From assembly GCA_902791025.1 (NCBI GenBank), contig CADATZ010000006.1, forward strand, positions 2,303 through 66,302: DNA of 64,000 nt, read 5' to 3'. The notes under the pieces are model-generated. The model was not told where the DNA came from. It saw only the letters and a list, made by a program, of their open reading frames with translations, and did no database searches. Source of the DNA: an uncultured Chloroflexota bacterium (GTDB taxonomy: Bacteria > Chloroflexota > Anaerolineae > Anaerolineales > Anaerolineaceae). A program made the position numbers and the translations under genes. Positions 34,894-44,427 of this stretch are shown piece after piece (within the stretch, counting starts at the first letter, position 1; every line of letters starts with the position of its first letter).

Positions 34894-36228
34894 ATGTACT
34901 TTCGACGTAAAGCTTATGATAAATTGATGGAATGGAAACAAAAATACGCTGATCAGTATGCCATTTTACTTGAGGGGGCGAGACGGGTTGGCAAATCTAC
35001 GATTGCGGAAGAATTTGCAAAAAAAGAATATGAAAGTTATATCCTTATTGATTTTGCAAATGTAAATAAAGACATTATTGATTGTTTTAATGATGTTTAT
35101 AATCTGGATTTGTTTTTCTTACGTATTCAAACAATAACCGGGATTCAATTGATTAAACATCGTTCCGTAATTATTTTTGATGAAGTTCAATTATTCCCTA
35201 AAGCTCGGCAGGCGATTAAATATCTTGTCAAAGATGGACGTTACCATTATATTGAAACCGGTTCCCTGATTTCAATCAAAAAAAACGTGAAGGATATCCT
35301 TATCCCGTCAGAGGAAATGAAACTGCCGATATACCCAATGGATTACGAGGAGTTTTTGTGGGTGGTGAAACCAGGCTCATATCAAATTATTGAAGATTTG
35401 TATAGAACAGGAAAAAGTATTGGGCAGGCCGTTCATCGGACTTTGATGAGAAACTTTCGCATATATATGGCAGTAGGGGGAATGCCTCAAGCTGTTCAGG
35501 CATATATTGATGGGAAAAGTTTCGCAGAAATTGATGATGTGAAGCGTTCAATTATACAGTTGTATGAAGATGATTTTAGAAAAATCGATTCGTCAGGTAA
35601 AATATCAATGCTCTATCACTCAATTCCCGGACAACTTTCAAAAGGTTTTAGGCGTTTTGCTTTTGAAAGAGCTGTTGGAAAGAAAAAAACAAATGGAGAT
35701 GAGCAGAAAATCTTTGATTTGATTGATTCCAGAACAGTTCTTGTCTGTTATAATACGACTGAACCAAGAGTCAGTTTATCTCTGACAAAGGATATTAGCA
35801 GTTATAAAATGTACTCTTCTGACACGGGATTGTTCGTTACTCTTTTGTTTATAGACAGACCGATAGCAGAAAATGAACTGTATAAGAAATTCCTTTCTGA
35901 TAAATTACCTGCAAATTTGGGATATCTTTATGAAAATGCGGTTGCGCAAATGATAGCAGCCGGGAAACATGAGCTATATTATCATACCTGGGATAAGGAA
36001 AATTCTACTCATTATTATGAGGCAGACTTCCTGCTTGCGAATGGTGCAAAGGTTAATGCGGTTGAGGTAAAATCATCAGGTTCAGGAAAGCATGAGTCAC
36101 TTACTGTTTTCAAACATAAATATTCTGATGTTGTAAATGAATGTTTTGTTATTTCACAAAAGGATGTTGGTTTTGAAAATGGTATTCGCTATCTGCCTGT
36201 GTATATGGTGCCATTTCTTGTATCGTAA
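34894..36228 (+). CDS. AAA-family ATPase with DUF4143-type C-terminal domain
   Basis: Walker A LLEGARRVGKST, Walker B VIIFDEVQ, and the typical architecture of the AAA_14/DUF4143 family. The gene and its leader are visibly AT-rich relative to the flanks. Confidence 0.7.
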   Translation: MYFRRKAYDKLMEWKQKYADQYAILLEGARRVGKSTIAEEFAKKEYESYILIDFANVNKDIIDCFNDVYNLDLFFLRIQTITGIQLIKHRSVIIFDEVQLFPKARQAIKYLVKDGRYHYIETGSLISIKKNVKDILIPSEEMKLPIYPMDYEEFLWVVKPGSYQIIEDLYRTGKSIGQAVHRTLMRNFRIYMAVGGMPQAVQAYIDGKSFAEIDDVKRSIIQLYEDDFRKIDSSGKISMLYHSIPGQLSKGFRRFAFERAVGKKKTNGDEQKIFDLIDSRTVLVCYNTTEPRVSLSLTKDISSYKMYSSDTGLFVTLLFIDRPIAENELYKKFLSDKLPANLGYLYENAVAQMIAAGKHELYYHTWDKENSTHYYEADFLLANGAKVNAVEVKSSGSGKHESLTVFKHKYSDVVNECFVISQKDVGFENGIRYLPVYMVPFLVS

Positions 36229-36237
36229 GGTGAATGT

Positions 36238-37089
36238 ATGGAACCGAATGTGAGACTGGTGAGTCTGCCCGCGCGGGCAGATGATGGAAATAAGGGCAGC
36301 TTTGGCTGTGTGACGGTGGTTGGCGGCTGTGAGAATTATCTCGGCGCACCGATCCTATGCGGAAAAGCGGCCTATCGGGTAGGCTGCGGCCTGGTGGAGC
36401 TGGTGGTCCCGGAAGTAGTGAGAAACTGCGGCGCGCCGGGATTTACTGAAGCGATCTGGAATTGCAGCGCTTTTGAAGCGGGCATGGTTCCGGAACGCGG
36501 AAATTGCGTTACGGTCATAGGCCCGGGACTGGGCACTGCCCCGGAGGCTGCCGCGAGGCTGCCTTCGCTGATCAACAGTGCCTCGATGTTCAGCAAACTG
36601 ATCGTGCTTGACGCGGATGCGCTGAATCTTCTATCCCGAACCCCGGACTGGTTTGAAACCGTCCCGGAAAATTGTGTGATGACGCCGCATCCGGGTGAAA
36701 TGGCTCGGTTGTGCGGTATGAGTGTGGCGGAGGTTCAGGAGAATCGGGCGAAACTGGCTCTTGAAAAGGCAGTGGAGTGGCATCAGGTCGTGCTGCTGAA
36801 GGGTGCCAACACGGTCATCGCTTCGCCGGATGGTTTTTACGTTGTTCTTCCCTATGCCACCTCGGCGCTTTCCATGGCCGGGAGTGGTGACGTCCTTGCA
36901 GGCATTATCGCCGGATTTGCCGCACAGGGCAAACCGGCATTCGATGCCGCCTGGCTGGGCGGTGAGATCCATGCCAGAGCGGGGCTGTTCGCTGCCGATA
37001 AATTCGGCAACCCCTATTCCGTCATGGCCGGTGATCTGTTGTCCGCCCTTCCGGAGGCGATAACCATGTATGCACTCAGTACACAGTAA
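36238..37089 (+). CDS. nnrD: ADP-dependent NAD(P)H-hydrate dehydratase (YjeF C-terminal/carbohydrate-kinase type)
   Basis: KGSFGCVTVVGGCENYLGAPILCG, LDADALNLL, TPHPGEMARL and GSGDVLAGIIAGF motifs. Confidence 0.8.
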   Translation: MEPNVRLVSLPARADDGNKGSFGCVTVVGGCENYLGAPILCGKAAYRVGCGLVELVVPEVVRNCGAPGFTEAIWNCSAFEAGMVPERGNCVTVIGPGLGTAPEAAARLPSLINSASMFSKLIVLDADALNLLSRTPDWFETVPENCVMTPHPGEMARLCGMSVAEVQENRAKLALEKAVEWHQVVLLKGANTVIASPDGFYVVLPYATSALSMAGSGDVLAGIIAGFAAQGKPAFDAAWLGGEIHARAGLFAADKFGNPYSVMAGDLLSALPEAITMYALSTQ

Positions 37090-37107
37090 TTCGGGGGTAA
37101 CTATGAT

Positions 37108-37135
37108 ATCCCATGTGCTCCGTGAACAATAACGA
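37108..37135 (+). repeat. IPE half-copy J (right arm and terminus only)
   Basis: tcccatgtgctccgtgaacaata resembles the right end (ccccacgtgctccgtcctgaata). Confidence 0.4.
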
Positions 37136-37462
37136 ACAGATATATGAAAAGTTATTATTCATAAAAATTTTGTATGGATATTCCTGATTTTTCATTATAT
37201 AATTAATTTAGCAGTGGTCGAAATAACAGTATAAAAACATTTGAAGAACTGGCGTTTGAAAAATGTTTGCAGGTAGGCTCCTAAACTGAAATTTGGAGAT
37301 GGACCTTACAATATTGTGGTAATAAAATACAAAAGGATTCGAGGGTGGTATCGTTCCTTTATGCATGTTGATGATGATCAAATCAGAACAGTGCTGATGC
37401 AGGATTTTGGTCTTAAAGAAGAGGCGTACGCATATTTATTGCAGCCGTTTGCAGCGTAAAAA

Positions 37463-39289
37463 TTGACACCGCAAGAGATATTAAAAAATACGTTTGGATA
37501 TGACACTTTCCGGCCGGGGCAGGAGAGACTTGTCAATGCTGTTCTTTCCGGCCGGGATGCCATGGGTATCATGCCGACAGGAGCCGGAAAGTCGGTCTGT
37601 TTTCAAATTCCATCACTGGTTTTTGAGGGACTGACGCTTGTCATTTCACCGCTGATTTCGCTGATGCTGGACCAGGTACTGACGCTCAAACAGTACGGGA
37701 TCCGGGCTGCGTTTCTGAACAGCACGCTCACCCCCGGACAGCAGCGGACGGTGCTCACAAGAGCCGCAGGAAATGCCTATCAGATCATGTATGTGGCGCC
37801 GGAACGGCTTTCAGCGCCTTCATTCCTCTCCTTTTGTCAGAATCATCCCATTCCCTTTGTAGCTGTGGATGAGGCGCACTGCATTTCGCAGTGGGGACAT
37901 GCCTTCCGCCGGGATTACCTGCAAATCAAGCCGTTCCTCACCTCGCTCCCGCAAAGGCCGATCGTTGGCGCCTATACAGCGACCGCGACAGCGAAAGTGC
38001 AGGAGGATATCGCTGTGTCCCTCGGACTTCGGAACCCTGTGGTCCAGATCAATAGCTTCGACCGTCCGAACCTTTATTTTGATGTAGCCCGCGGGAATAA
38101 GTCATTGGAACTGCGTTCATTTCTGCATCGTCATGCCAATGACAGCGGCATTATCTATTGCGGCACCCGCAGTGATGTGGAGGAGATCTGTGACAGCCTG
38201 ATCCGCGCCGGATTTGATGCCACTCGTTATCACGCGGGACTGCCGGATAAGGAACGGACGGAAAATCAAAGCGATTTCCTCTATGACCGCAAAAAGATCA
38301 TGGTGGCCACTAACGCCTTTGGAATGGGAATTGATAAGTCCAATGTTTCTTTTGTGGTTCACTATTCAATGCCGAAAAACATCGAATCCTACTATCAGGA
38401 AGCTGGCCGAGCCGGCAGGGATGGTTCTCCGGCGGAGTGCCTGCTGCTTTATTCCGCTCAGGATATCAGGCTGAACGAATTCCTTATCCGGCACAGTCTC
38501 GAGGAGAATAAAGAGCTGAGCGAGCAGGAAAAGGCGGTGCGTGAGGCACACGAGCTGGAGCTGCTGAAGAAGATGAGCTTTTATGCCACTTCGACAGACT
38601 GCCTGCGTATGCTGATCCTTGATTATTTCGGTGAACATATCGGTCCATGCGGGCACTGCGGTAATTGTGATGCCTCCTATGAAGAGGTGGAGATCAGTGC
38701 GCGATTACGGCTCATCCTCTCCTCGATTCGGAAGATGGAGGAAAACCATCGCTCTTTTGGACGGGTAACACTCCGGGATTTCTTTAAAGGCAGCAAATCT
38801 CAGTCGATAATAAATAAAGGTCTGGACCGGTATTACGGCTACGGTGCGCTTTCTTCCGTCTCAGCGGAGCGCATTCTGCAGATCATTGACTGGGCGGTTC
38901 AGAATCACTGGCTCAGGGCGGAATCCGGTGATTACCCGGTCATTCGTCTGGGGCAGATTGATTCTGCCTACTGGACTGCTGAGGATGAAAAGATCATTGC
39001 CCGGCTTCCTTATACCCGGGCGGAAAGGGAAAAACAGCAGCCGAAACCCGCATCAAGAGGCGGACTGTTTGAATCGCTCAGGGCACTGCGGAAAAATATA
39101 GCCGCGGAACAGCATGTCCCTGCTTTCATCATTTTCAATGACGCCACGCTGATCGATATGGCTCGCATCAAGCCTGTTACGATACGGCAGCTTTTGTCTG
39201 TGAATGGTGTTGGTAAAATCAAAGCAGACCAATATGGACAGCGGTTCATAGACTGCATCCGTGACTATCTGGAAGAAAATAACAACTGA
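37463..39289 (+). CDS. recQ: ATP-dependent DNA helicase RecQ
   Basis: FGYDTFRPGQ, MPTGAGKS, VDEAHCISQWGHAFR, the RecQ zinc-binding Cys cluster, and a C-terminal HRDC domain. The only in-frame start is a TTG without a clear RBS (see findings). Confidence 0.9.
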   Translation: MTPQEILKNTFGYDTFRPGQERLVNAVLSGRDAMGIMPTGAGKSVCFQIPSLVFEGLTLVISPLISLMLDQVLTLKQYGIRAAFLNSTLTPGQQRTVLTRAAGNAYQIMYVAPERLSAPSFLSFCQNHPIPFVAVDEAHCISQWGHAFRRDYLQIKPFLTSLPQRPIVGAYTATATAKVQEDIAVSLGLRNPVVQINSFDRPNLYFDVARGNKSLELRSFLHRHANDSGIIYCGTRSDVEEICDSLIRAGFDATRYHAGLPDKERTENQSDFLYDRKKIMVATNAFGMGIDKSNVSFVVHYSMPKNIESYYQEAGRAGRDGSPAECLLLYSAQDIRLNEFLIRHSLEENKELSEQEKAVREAHELELLKKMSFYATSTDCLRMLILDYFGEHIGPCGHCGNCDASYEEVEISARLRLILSSIRKMEENHRSFGRVTLRDFFKGSKSQSIINKGLDRYYGYGALSSVSAERILQIIDWAVQNHWLRAESGDYPVIRLGQIDSAYWTAEDEKIIARLPYTRAEREKQQPKPASRGGLFESLRALRKNIAAEQHVPAFIIFNDATLIDMARIKPVTIRQLLSVNGVGKIKADQYGQRFIDCIRDYLEENNN

Positions 39290-39297
39290 CGGCACAC

Positions 39298-39378
39298 CAA
39301 AACGAAGCACTTGGGGATTGGCACCTTGTGCGGTGGAGCCTGAACAAGCGTGCCTGTACCCATGTGCGTCACAGCAAT
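39298..39378 (-). repeat. IPE copy K (diverged)
   Basis: cgaagcacttggggattggcaccttgtgcggtggagcctgaacaagcgtgcctgtacccatgtgcgtcacagc. Lies 9 nt after the recQ stop. Confidence 0.8.
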
Positions 39379-39484
39379 ACCGGTTGACGTATGAATGGTA
39401 TTATGAATTAGTGTCCTGTTTCCAATAATTTTATTGTCTGACAGATTTCGTGTTATGGTAAACTTATAAAAAGGAGTTTTTCAT

Positions 39485-41128
39485 ATGATGAAAAAACTGA
39501 GCGTTTTATTTTTAACAGCCTTGATTTGCTGTCTGCTCATAACAGCATGTGCAGACAAGCAGAATACTGCTGTAGTACCTGAGCAGAAGACTGAAGAATA
39601 ATCGGAAGCGCTTAGGGAAAGCAAGTACTTTAGTTTCCCCGGTGATGAACCGAACACCATGGATCCGCAGTGTACTTCGGAGCATTATAATATTCCGCTG
39701 AACGTGTTTGACCGTCTGGTGGAAGTGAAAACGGTGGATGGTGAGAACCAGCTGGTTCCCTCCCTTGCGGAATCCTGGAACGTTTCCAGTGACGGGCTCA
39801 CTTATTCGTTCAAACTTCGGGAAGGTGTGAAATTCTCCAACGGTTCCCCTTTGACTGCAAGCGACGTAAAGTTTTCCATGGAGCGTCTGCTGACCCATCC
39901 GAAATCACGGAACCATGATATCGCTGTTAGTATCGTTGGTGCAGACCAGCTCCGCTCGAAAGCAGCGGATAGTCTGGAAGGATTTCGCATTATTGATGAT
40001 CTGAATTTTGAGATCACACTGCAGTATCCTTACGGTCCCTTCCTGGCCTGTCTTTCAACGCCCGGTGCTTCGATCCTGGATGAGGAAACTGTGACCGCCG
40101 CGGGTGACAAATTCGGAACCGATATACAAGAGACAATCGGTACCGGCCCTTTCGTATTGGAAGACTGGAAAATCGGCTCTGAAATCACCATGAAAAAGAA
40201 CAAAAATTTCTGGGGTGAGCCAGCTAAATGTGACGGATTGCGTATGATTTTCCTCACCGGCAAGGTTTCTCCGCTGACACTTTTCCAGGAGGGAACGCTT
40301 GATATTCTGGACCTGGAGCTGATCGGTTCGGAGGCGGAATATCTGCTTCATGGGGATATTTATCAATCCATGATCGTCAGTGGCCCCCGGGTCGGGATCA
40401 CCTACCTGGCTATGAATGAAACGGCCCCTCAGCTGCGGGATGTGCGTGTTCGGAAGGCACTGCAATTGGCATTGGACCGGAACGCGATCATGAATGCGGT
40501 GATCAGTGGACAGGGCTATGTGGAAAACGGTATCTTCCCGCACGGGCTGATCGGGTTTAATCCGGACCTGCCGGAGATTCCCTATGATATTGAACAGGCA
40601 AAAAAGCTGATGGAAGAAGCCGGATTTGCGGATGGCTTCGAATTGGATGTTTATTATCAGACCAACTCTGCCAAAAATTTTCGCAGTCTCTGCGAGATCA
40701 TTTCCTACATGTGGGAAATGATTGGCGTCAAGATGAACGTCATGGAAGTGGAGGATACCTACTTCGTGAATACCCGCCAGCGCGGGAAACTGCCGGCATA
40801 CGTTTCGACCTGGTCTGCGGATTTTGACGATCCGGATAACTTTATCTATACCTTTTTCGGCACCCAGAAAAACACCTTCTCCCGCGGTCTGTTTTACCGC
40901 GATATGGATATCATCAAACGTGTTCAGGATGCCCGGGCAATCGTTGATCATGATGAACGCATGGCTGAATATCAGGATCTGGAGCGGATCATCGTTCAGG
41001 AAGACGCTGCCTGGATCCCGCTTTATTCTTCGCAGCATAATTTTGTTGTCGCTGAAAAAGTGAAGGGCTTTGAGGTTTCCTGGAACGGCTGGTCAAGCAC
41101 CAGGTACCAAAATGTTTCTGTAGAGTAA
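39485..41128 (+). pseudogene. Family-5 solute-binding lipoprotein gene interrupted by an in-frame TAA at 39599-39601
   Basis: ATG 39485 encodes MMKKLSVLFLTALICCLLITAC (lipobox)...KTEE, then TAA. The same frame continues SEALRESKYFSFPGDEPNTMDPQ... into the 489-aa SBP_5 ORF (39659-41128). Confidence 0.6.
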
Positions 41129-41155
41129 AGTGTATTTTCCAAAAGGGGGAAAGTT

Positions 41156-42913
41156 TTGTTCCGTTCGTTTCGCGCACGTATCACCTTTTTTGTGATTGGA
41201 GTCGTCCTGAGTTGTGTCGGGATGATCGGTGCTATATCGCTTTTCTCCATCAAAAGGACTGCGGAACAAAGCTCTGTTCAATTCATGAGCCTGCTGTGTG
41301 ACAGTAAGTATCGTGAGATGAACGAATACATGGACAGCGTGCGCCAATCGGTGGATATCCTCTCCCATTTTCTGAGCGGGGACATCAGTTCCGTTGCCTT
41401 GCTGGAAGGCGGTGTGATCGGTGCAAAAGGAACGGGTGAAATGCTGGAAGGCCGCGATTGGGAAAGCGACCAGCAAAAGGAACTGGATGAGTATTTGCGT
41501 GCGCATGTGAAAAATGTGCAGGCGGTTTTCAACAGCGTTGCCTACAACACGAGTAATGCCATCGGATATTATTACCGGCTGAACCCGGAAATCAGCAATC
41601 AGAAACCCGGCTTTCTCTATTTCAAAAACGGTACCAGCGATTTCCTGGAGACTACTCCGACGGACATTCTTTCCTATGATAAGAATGACGAGGAACGGGT
41701 TGGCTGGTATTACAAAACCATCGAACGGGGACGTCCCTCCTGGCATGAACCCTACTTCGATAAGAATCTCAATACAAAGATGACCTCTTATATCGCCCCG
41801 ATCTATAAGGCCGGGACCTTTGTCGGGGTGGTCGGTATGGACCTCAGCTATGACGCGCTGGTTGAAAAGATCCATAACCTTGATATTTATGAGACCGGCT
41901 ATGCCTTCATGACGGACAATACCGGTCATATTGTCTATCACCCCCATCTGCCGGAAGGGACGGTCCTGAGGGATGTCAACCCGGAGCTGGCAGAGCTGGA
42001 GAACCAAGTTTATGAAACAACCAGCAGCAGTTCTTCTCTGATTGAATATACATATAATGGGATCGATATGAAAGCCGCGTCTCAAGTTCTGGAAAACGGG
42101 CTGCGGCTTTATATCTGTGCACCGGATAGTGAGATCAACGCCGGGTGGCAGCATCTGGTACAGGCGCTGCTGTTGGCTATGTTCCTGCTCATTATCGTTT
42201 TTGCCGCTATCGCGACAGTGATCATTTCCCGGGTTACGAAGCCGCTCCGCCGTCTGACAGAGGCCTCGAAACAGGTTTCAGAGGGAAATCATGACATAGA
42301 TCTGCCGGAAGCGGGTGATGATGAGGTTGGAACTTTGTCCGGCGCTTTCCGGGACCTGGTGGATAATCTGAAAATCTATATCGATGACCTGAACAGCAAG
42401 GCTTATAAGGATCCGCTGACCAAGGTGAAAAACAAGGCTGCTTTTGATATCTGGTGCCGTCAAATCAATGAAACGCTGAAATCTGAGGATGAAATGGTTT
42501 TTGCCGAGTTTGCTGTGCTGATGTTTGACGCAAACCTGTTGAAAGAAATCAATGATCAGTATGGCCATCCGCGTGGGGATATCTATCTCCAGCGGGGCAG
42601 TGAACTGATTTGCAAGACCTTTGCTCACAGTCCGGTTTTCCGTGTCGGAGGTGATGAATTCGTGGTCATCTTGCAGGATGATGAATATAAGAACCGTAAG
42701 GAGCTGATGAAGCAATTCGAGCAGCGGGCGGAAGAGATCAATGCGGAAGCGGTTCATCCCTGGGAGAAGGTCAATATGGCGATGGGCATGTCCGCGTATA
42801 ACCCGCGGCATGACACCTCCGTGGAAAGCGTCTATAAACGCGCCGATCTGGCGATGTACAAAAATAAGCGCGAGTGGAAACAATCCCAACAAGTAGAAAA
42901 TAAGAATATCTGA
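41156..42913 (+). CDS. Sensor diguanylate cyclase (TM - Cache-like extracellular domain - TM - HAMP - GGDEF)
   Basis: TTG start behind GGGGGA. RVGGDEFVVIL GGDEF motif, HAMP segment (TKPLRRLTEASKQVSEGN), and two TM segments flanking a domain of about 280 aa. Confidence 0.85.
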   Translation: MFRSFRARITFFVIGVVLSCVGMIGAISLFSIKRTAEQSSVQFMSLLCDSKYREMNEYMDSVRQSVDILSHFLSGDISSVALLEGGVIGAKGTGEMLEGRDWESDQQKELDEYLRAHVKNVQAVFNSVAYNTSNAIGYYYRLNPEISNQKPGFLYFKNGTSDFLETTPTDILSYDKNDEERVGWYYKTIERGRPSWHEPYFDKNLNTKMTSYIAPIYKAGTFVGVVGMDLSYDALVEKIHNLDIYETGYAFMTDNTGHIVYHPHLPEGTVLRDVNPELAELENQVYETTSSSSSLIEYTYNGIDMKAASQVLENGLRLYICAPDSEINAGWQHLVQALLLAMFLLIIVFAAIATVIISRVTKPLRRLTEASKQVSEGNHDIDLPEAGDDEVGTLSGAFRDLVDNLKIYIDDLNSKAYKDPLTKVKNKAAFDIWCRQINETLKSEDEMVFAEFAVLMFDANLLKEINDQYGHPRGDIYLQRGSELICKTFAHSPVFRVGGDEFVVILQDDEYKNRKELMKQFEQRAEEINAEAVHPWEKVNMAMGMSAYNPRHDTSVESVYKRADLAMYKNKREWKQSQQVENKNI

Positions 42914-42937
42914 TATAATTGTAATAACAAAAAGGTA

Positions 42938-43033
42938 TCTATTCAGAACGAAGCACGTGGGGTCTGGCATCTTGTGCGGCGCAGCCCGCACAAGCGTGCC
43001 TGTCCCCATGTGCGCCGCTCAGGTTTTGAACAG
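42938..43033 (-). repeat. IPE copy L (near-consensus, subfamily 1)
   Basis: tctattcagaacgaagcacgtggggtctggcatcttgtgcggcgcagcccgcacaagcgtgcctgtccccatgtgcgccgctcaggttttgaacag. Confidence 0.95.
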
Positions 43034-43069
43034 TTACCAAAAAACAAACATATCAAAAGGAGATGTCGT

Positions 43070-43726
43070 ATGTGGGGAAAATCTGTTTTTCCGAAGTTAA
43101 TGCTTGCCGTGTTGGCTGTTGTTTTTTTCTGCGCTCCTCTTATCGGGGGACCGAAAGCTCTTGCTGATGAGGCGGAGGACAAATTTGACGCGTTTATCGA
43201 TAAATTGTCCAAGTCCGGAACCATTTCCTCCGGGGGAGAAACCACGTACTGGGGCGATTATACAGACGAATGGGCTCAAATTGGCTGGTATCAGTGGACC
43301 AGATTTGAGAATGCGGAAAGATTTGTTTTGTCTGCAAATGTTTCGTGGGAATCGGCTCATGATCGGCCGAATAATTTTGAGTCAGGCTGCGGAATTATTT
43401 TTAATGATTCTGGCAGCGGCAGTTCCAATCACATTTTGGCGTCTCTCCGGATGGATGGGTTGATTTATTTTACAGGATTGAGAAACGATTATTATCTCTC
43501 CTATGGGACGTACCGCTACGGAAAAGCTTCCACAAAAGGATCAGCAGATTTTACATTGGTCGTTGATGGTGATAAAGCAGTTGTTTATATTAATGGAGAA
43601 CGTATTGTTACAAAAGCAAATTTTCCTGTGATGGGTGATAATGTGGGAATTTGTACTCTTTCAGGAACCAACAGGGATTACGGTACCCGCTGTACCTGGA
43701 AGGATATTTACATGTACAAATGGTAA
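43070..43726 (+). CDS. Secreted hypothetical protein (beta-rich, lectin/jelly-roll-like)
   Basis: ATG 43070 behind AAAGGAG. Signal peptide MWGKSVFPKLMLAVLAVVFFCAPLIGGPKALA. The upstream track extension lies in a repeat element. Confidence 0.55.
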   Translation: MWGKSVFPKLMLAVLAVVFFCAPLIGGPKALADEAEDKFDAFIDKLSKSGTISSGGETTYWGDYTDEWAQIGWYQWTRFENAERFVLSANVSWESAHDRPNNFESGCGIIFNDSGSGSSNHILASLRMDGLIYFTGLRNDYYLSYGTYRYGKASTKGSADFTLVVDGDKAVVYINGERIVTKANFPVMGDNVGICTLSGTNRDYGTRCTWKDIYMYKW

Positions 43727-43792
43727 CTTCCTTGTCAGGGGAAGCTGATGCACCGGTTCGGTGCTTCATTGATTGAGGTACAAGCATGTTTC

Positions 43793-43817
43793 AACCGCCA
43801 ATACTGGCGGTTTTTTA
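43793..43817 (+). terminator. Rho-independent terminator after the secreted-protein gene
   Basis: aaccgcca-atac-tggcggtt followed by TTTT. Confidence 0.75.
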
Positions 43818-43822
43818 ACGGT

Positions 43823-43863
43823 TGAATCGGGGACTGGACCCGGAGGGGCCTGTACCCGCATAG
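43823..43863 (-). repeat. IPE-like short degenerate copy Q
   Basis: gaatcggggactggacccggaggggcctgtacccgcatagg keeps both arm cores but has a collapsed centre. Confidence 0.35.
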
Positions 43864-44065
43864 GACCGACAGCAACACCACCATTCATTCTTAGGGGTTG
43901 GACCTTCACACTCCATTCCCGCCATCTTGCCGGTGGAAGAGCCTGTTGCATTTATTCATTCTTATCTGGAAAATCGGTGGTAGATTTGGTAATTTTTCAA
44001 ATGGGAAAAATGGATGATAACGATCGGGACTGTTCCTTCAAGGGACTGTCCCGGAAAAATCCCTT

Positions 44066-44218
44066 TTGAACGAAGTACGTGAATACGAAGCACATGGGGT
44101 CTGGCAACTTGTGCGGCGCAACCCGCACAAGCGTGCCTGCGAAAGATCCTGCTCCGTAAGGTATGAGCTGCGCTCGATTTAGATGCGGAGCAGGAGCTGC
44201 GCCCCCATGTGCGGCAAT
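44066..44218 (-). repeat. IPE copy M1, interrupted by a second palindromic module
   Basis: The left arm and centre are canonical (gcacatggggtctggcaacttgtgcggcgcaacccgcacaagcgtgcctg). A ~60-bp insert follows (cctgctccgtaaggtatgagctgcgctcgatttagatgcggagcagg) before cccccatgtgcgg. Confidence 0.75.
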
Positions 44219-44289
44219 GAATCGAGCGAAGCTCGCGCCTCGGAGCGGGGCTTGTATTGGCTTCGCGAGATATGGCGACGCGAATATGG

Positions 44290-44358
44290 CGACGCACATG
44301 GGGACAGGCACGCTTGTGTCGGCTTCGCGACACAAGATGCCAGACCCCACGTGCTCCG
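44290..44358 (+). repeat. IPE copy M2 (subfamily 2)
   Basis: gacgcacatggggacaggcacgcttgtgtcggcttcgcgacacaagatgccagaccccacgtgctccgg. Preceded by the tandem atatggcgacgcga/atatggcgacgca. Confidence 0.85.
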
Positions 44359-44427
44359 GGTATGGAAGCGGGTAAATGGCCCGGTGAGTCGTTCGTAAGG
44401 AAAAAGTTGCATAATATTAACATTTTT

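Noticed and set aside
39599-39601. Possibility that TAA is reassigned to a sense codon, which would explain the in-frame TAAs in the SBP and upstream of recQ
   Set aside because: TAA terminates rpsO, scpA, pnp and other genes at exactly the expected protein ends, so the standard code applies. The two cases are treated as mutations, errors or local recoding instead.
43962-44423. ORFs of 70-153 aa spanning the repeat cluster (43962-44423, 43997-44350, 44163-44375, 44183-44398, 42943-43245, 53310-53567)
   Set aside because: Their 'proteins' are just translations of the palindromic elements (recurrent HKRACPHV / TWGLASCVAKPTQAC strings on both strands). The same peptides appear wherever an element occurs, in any frame.
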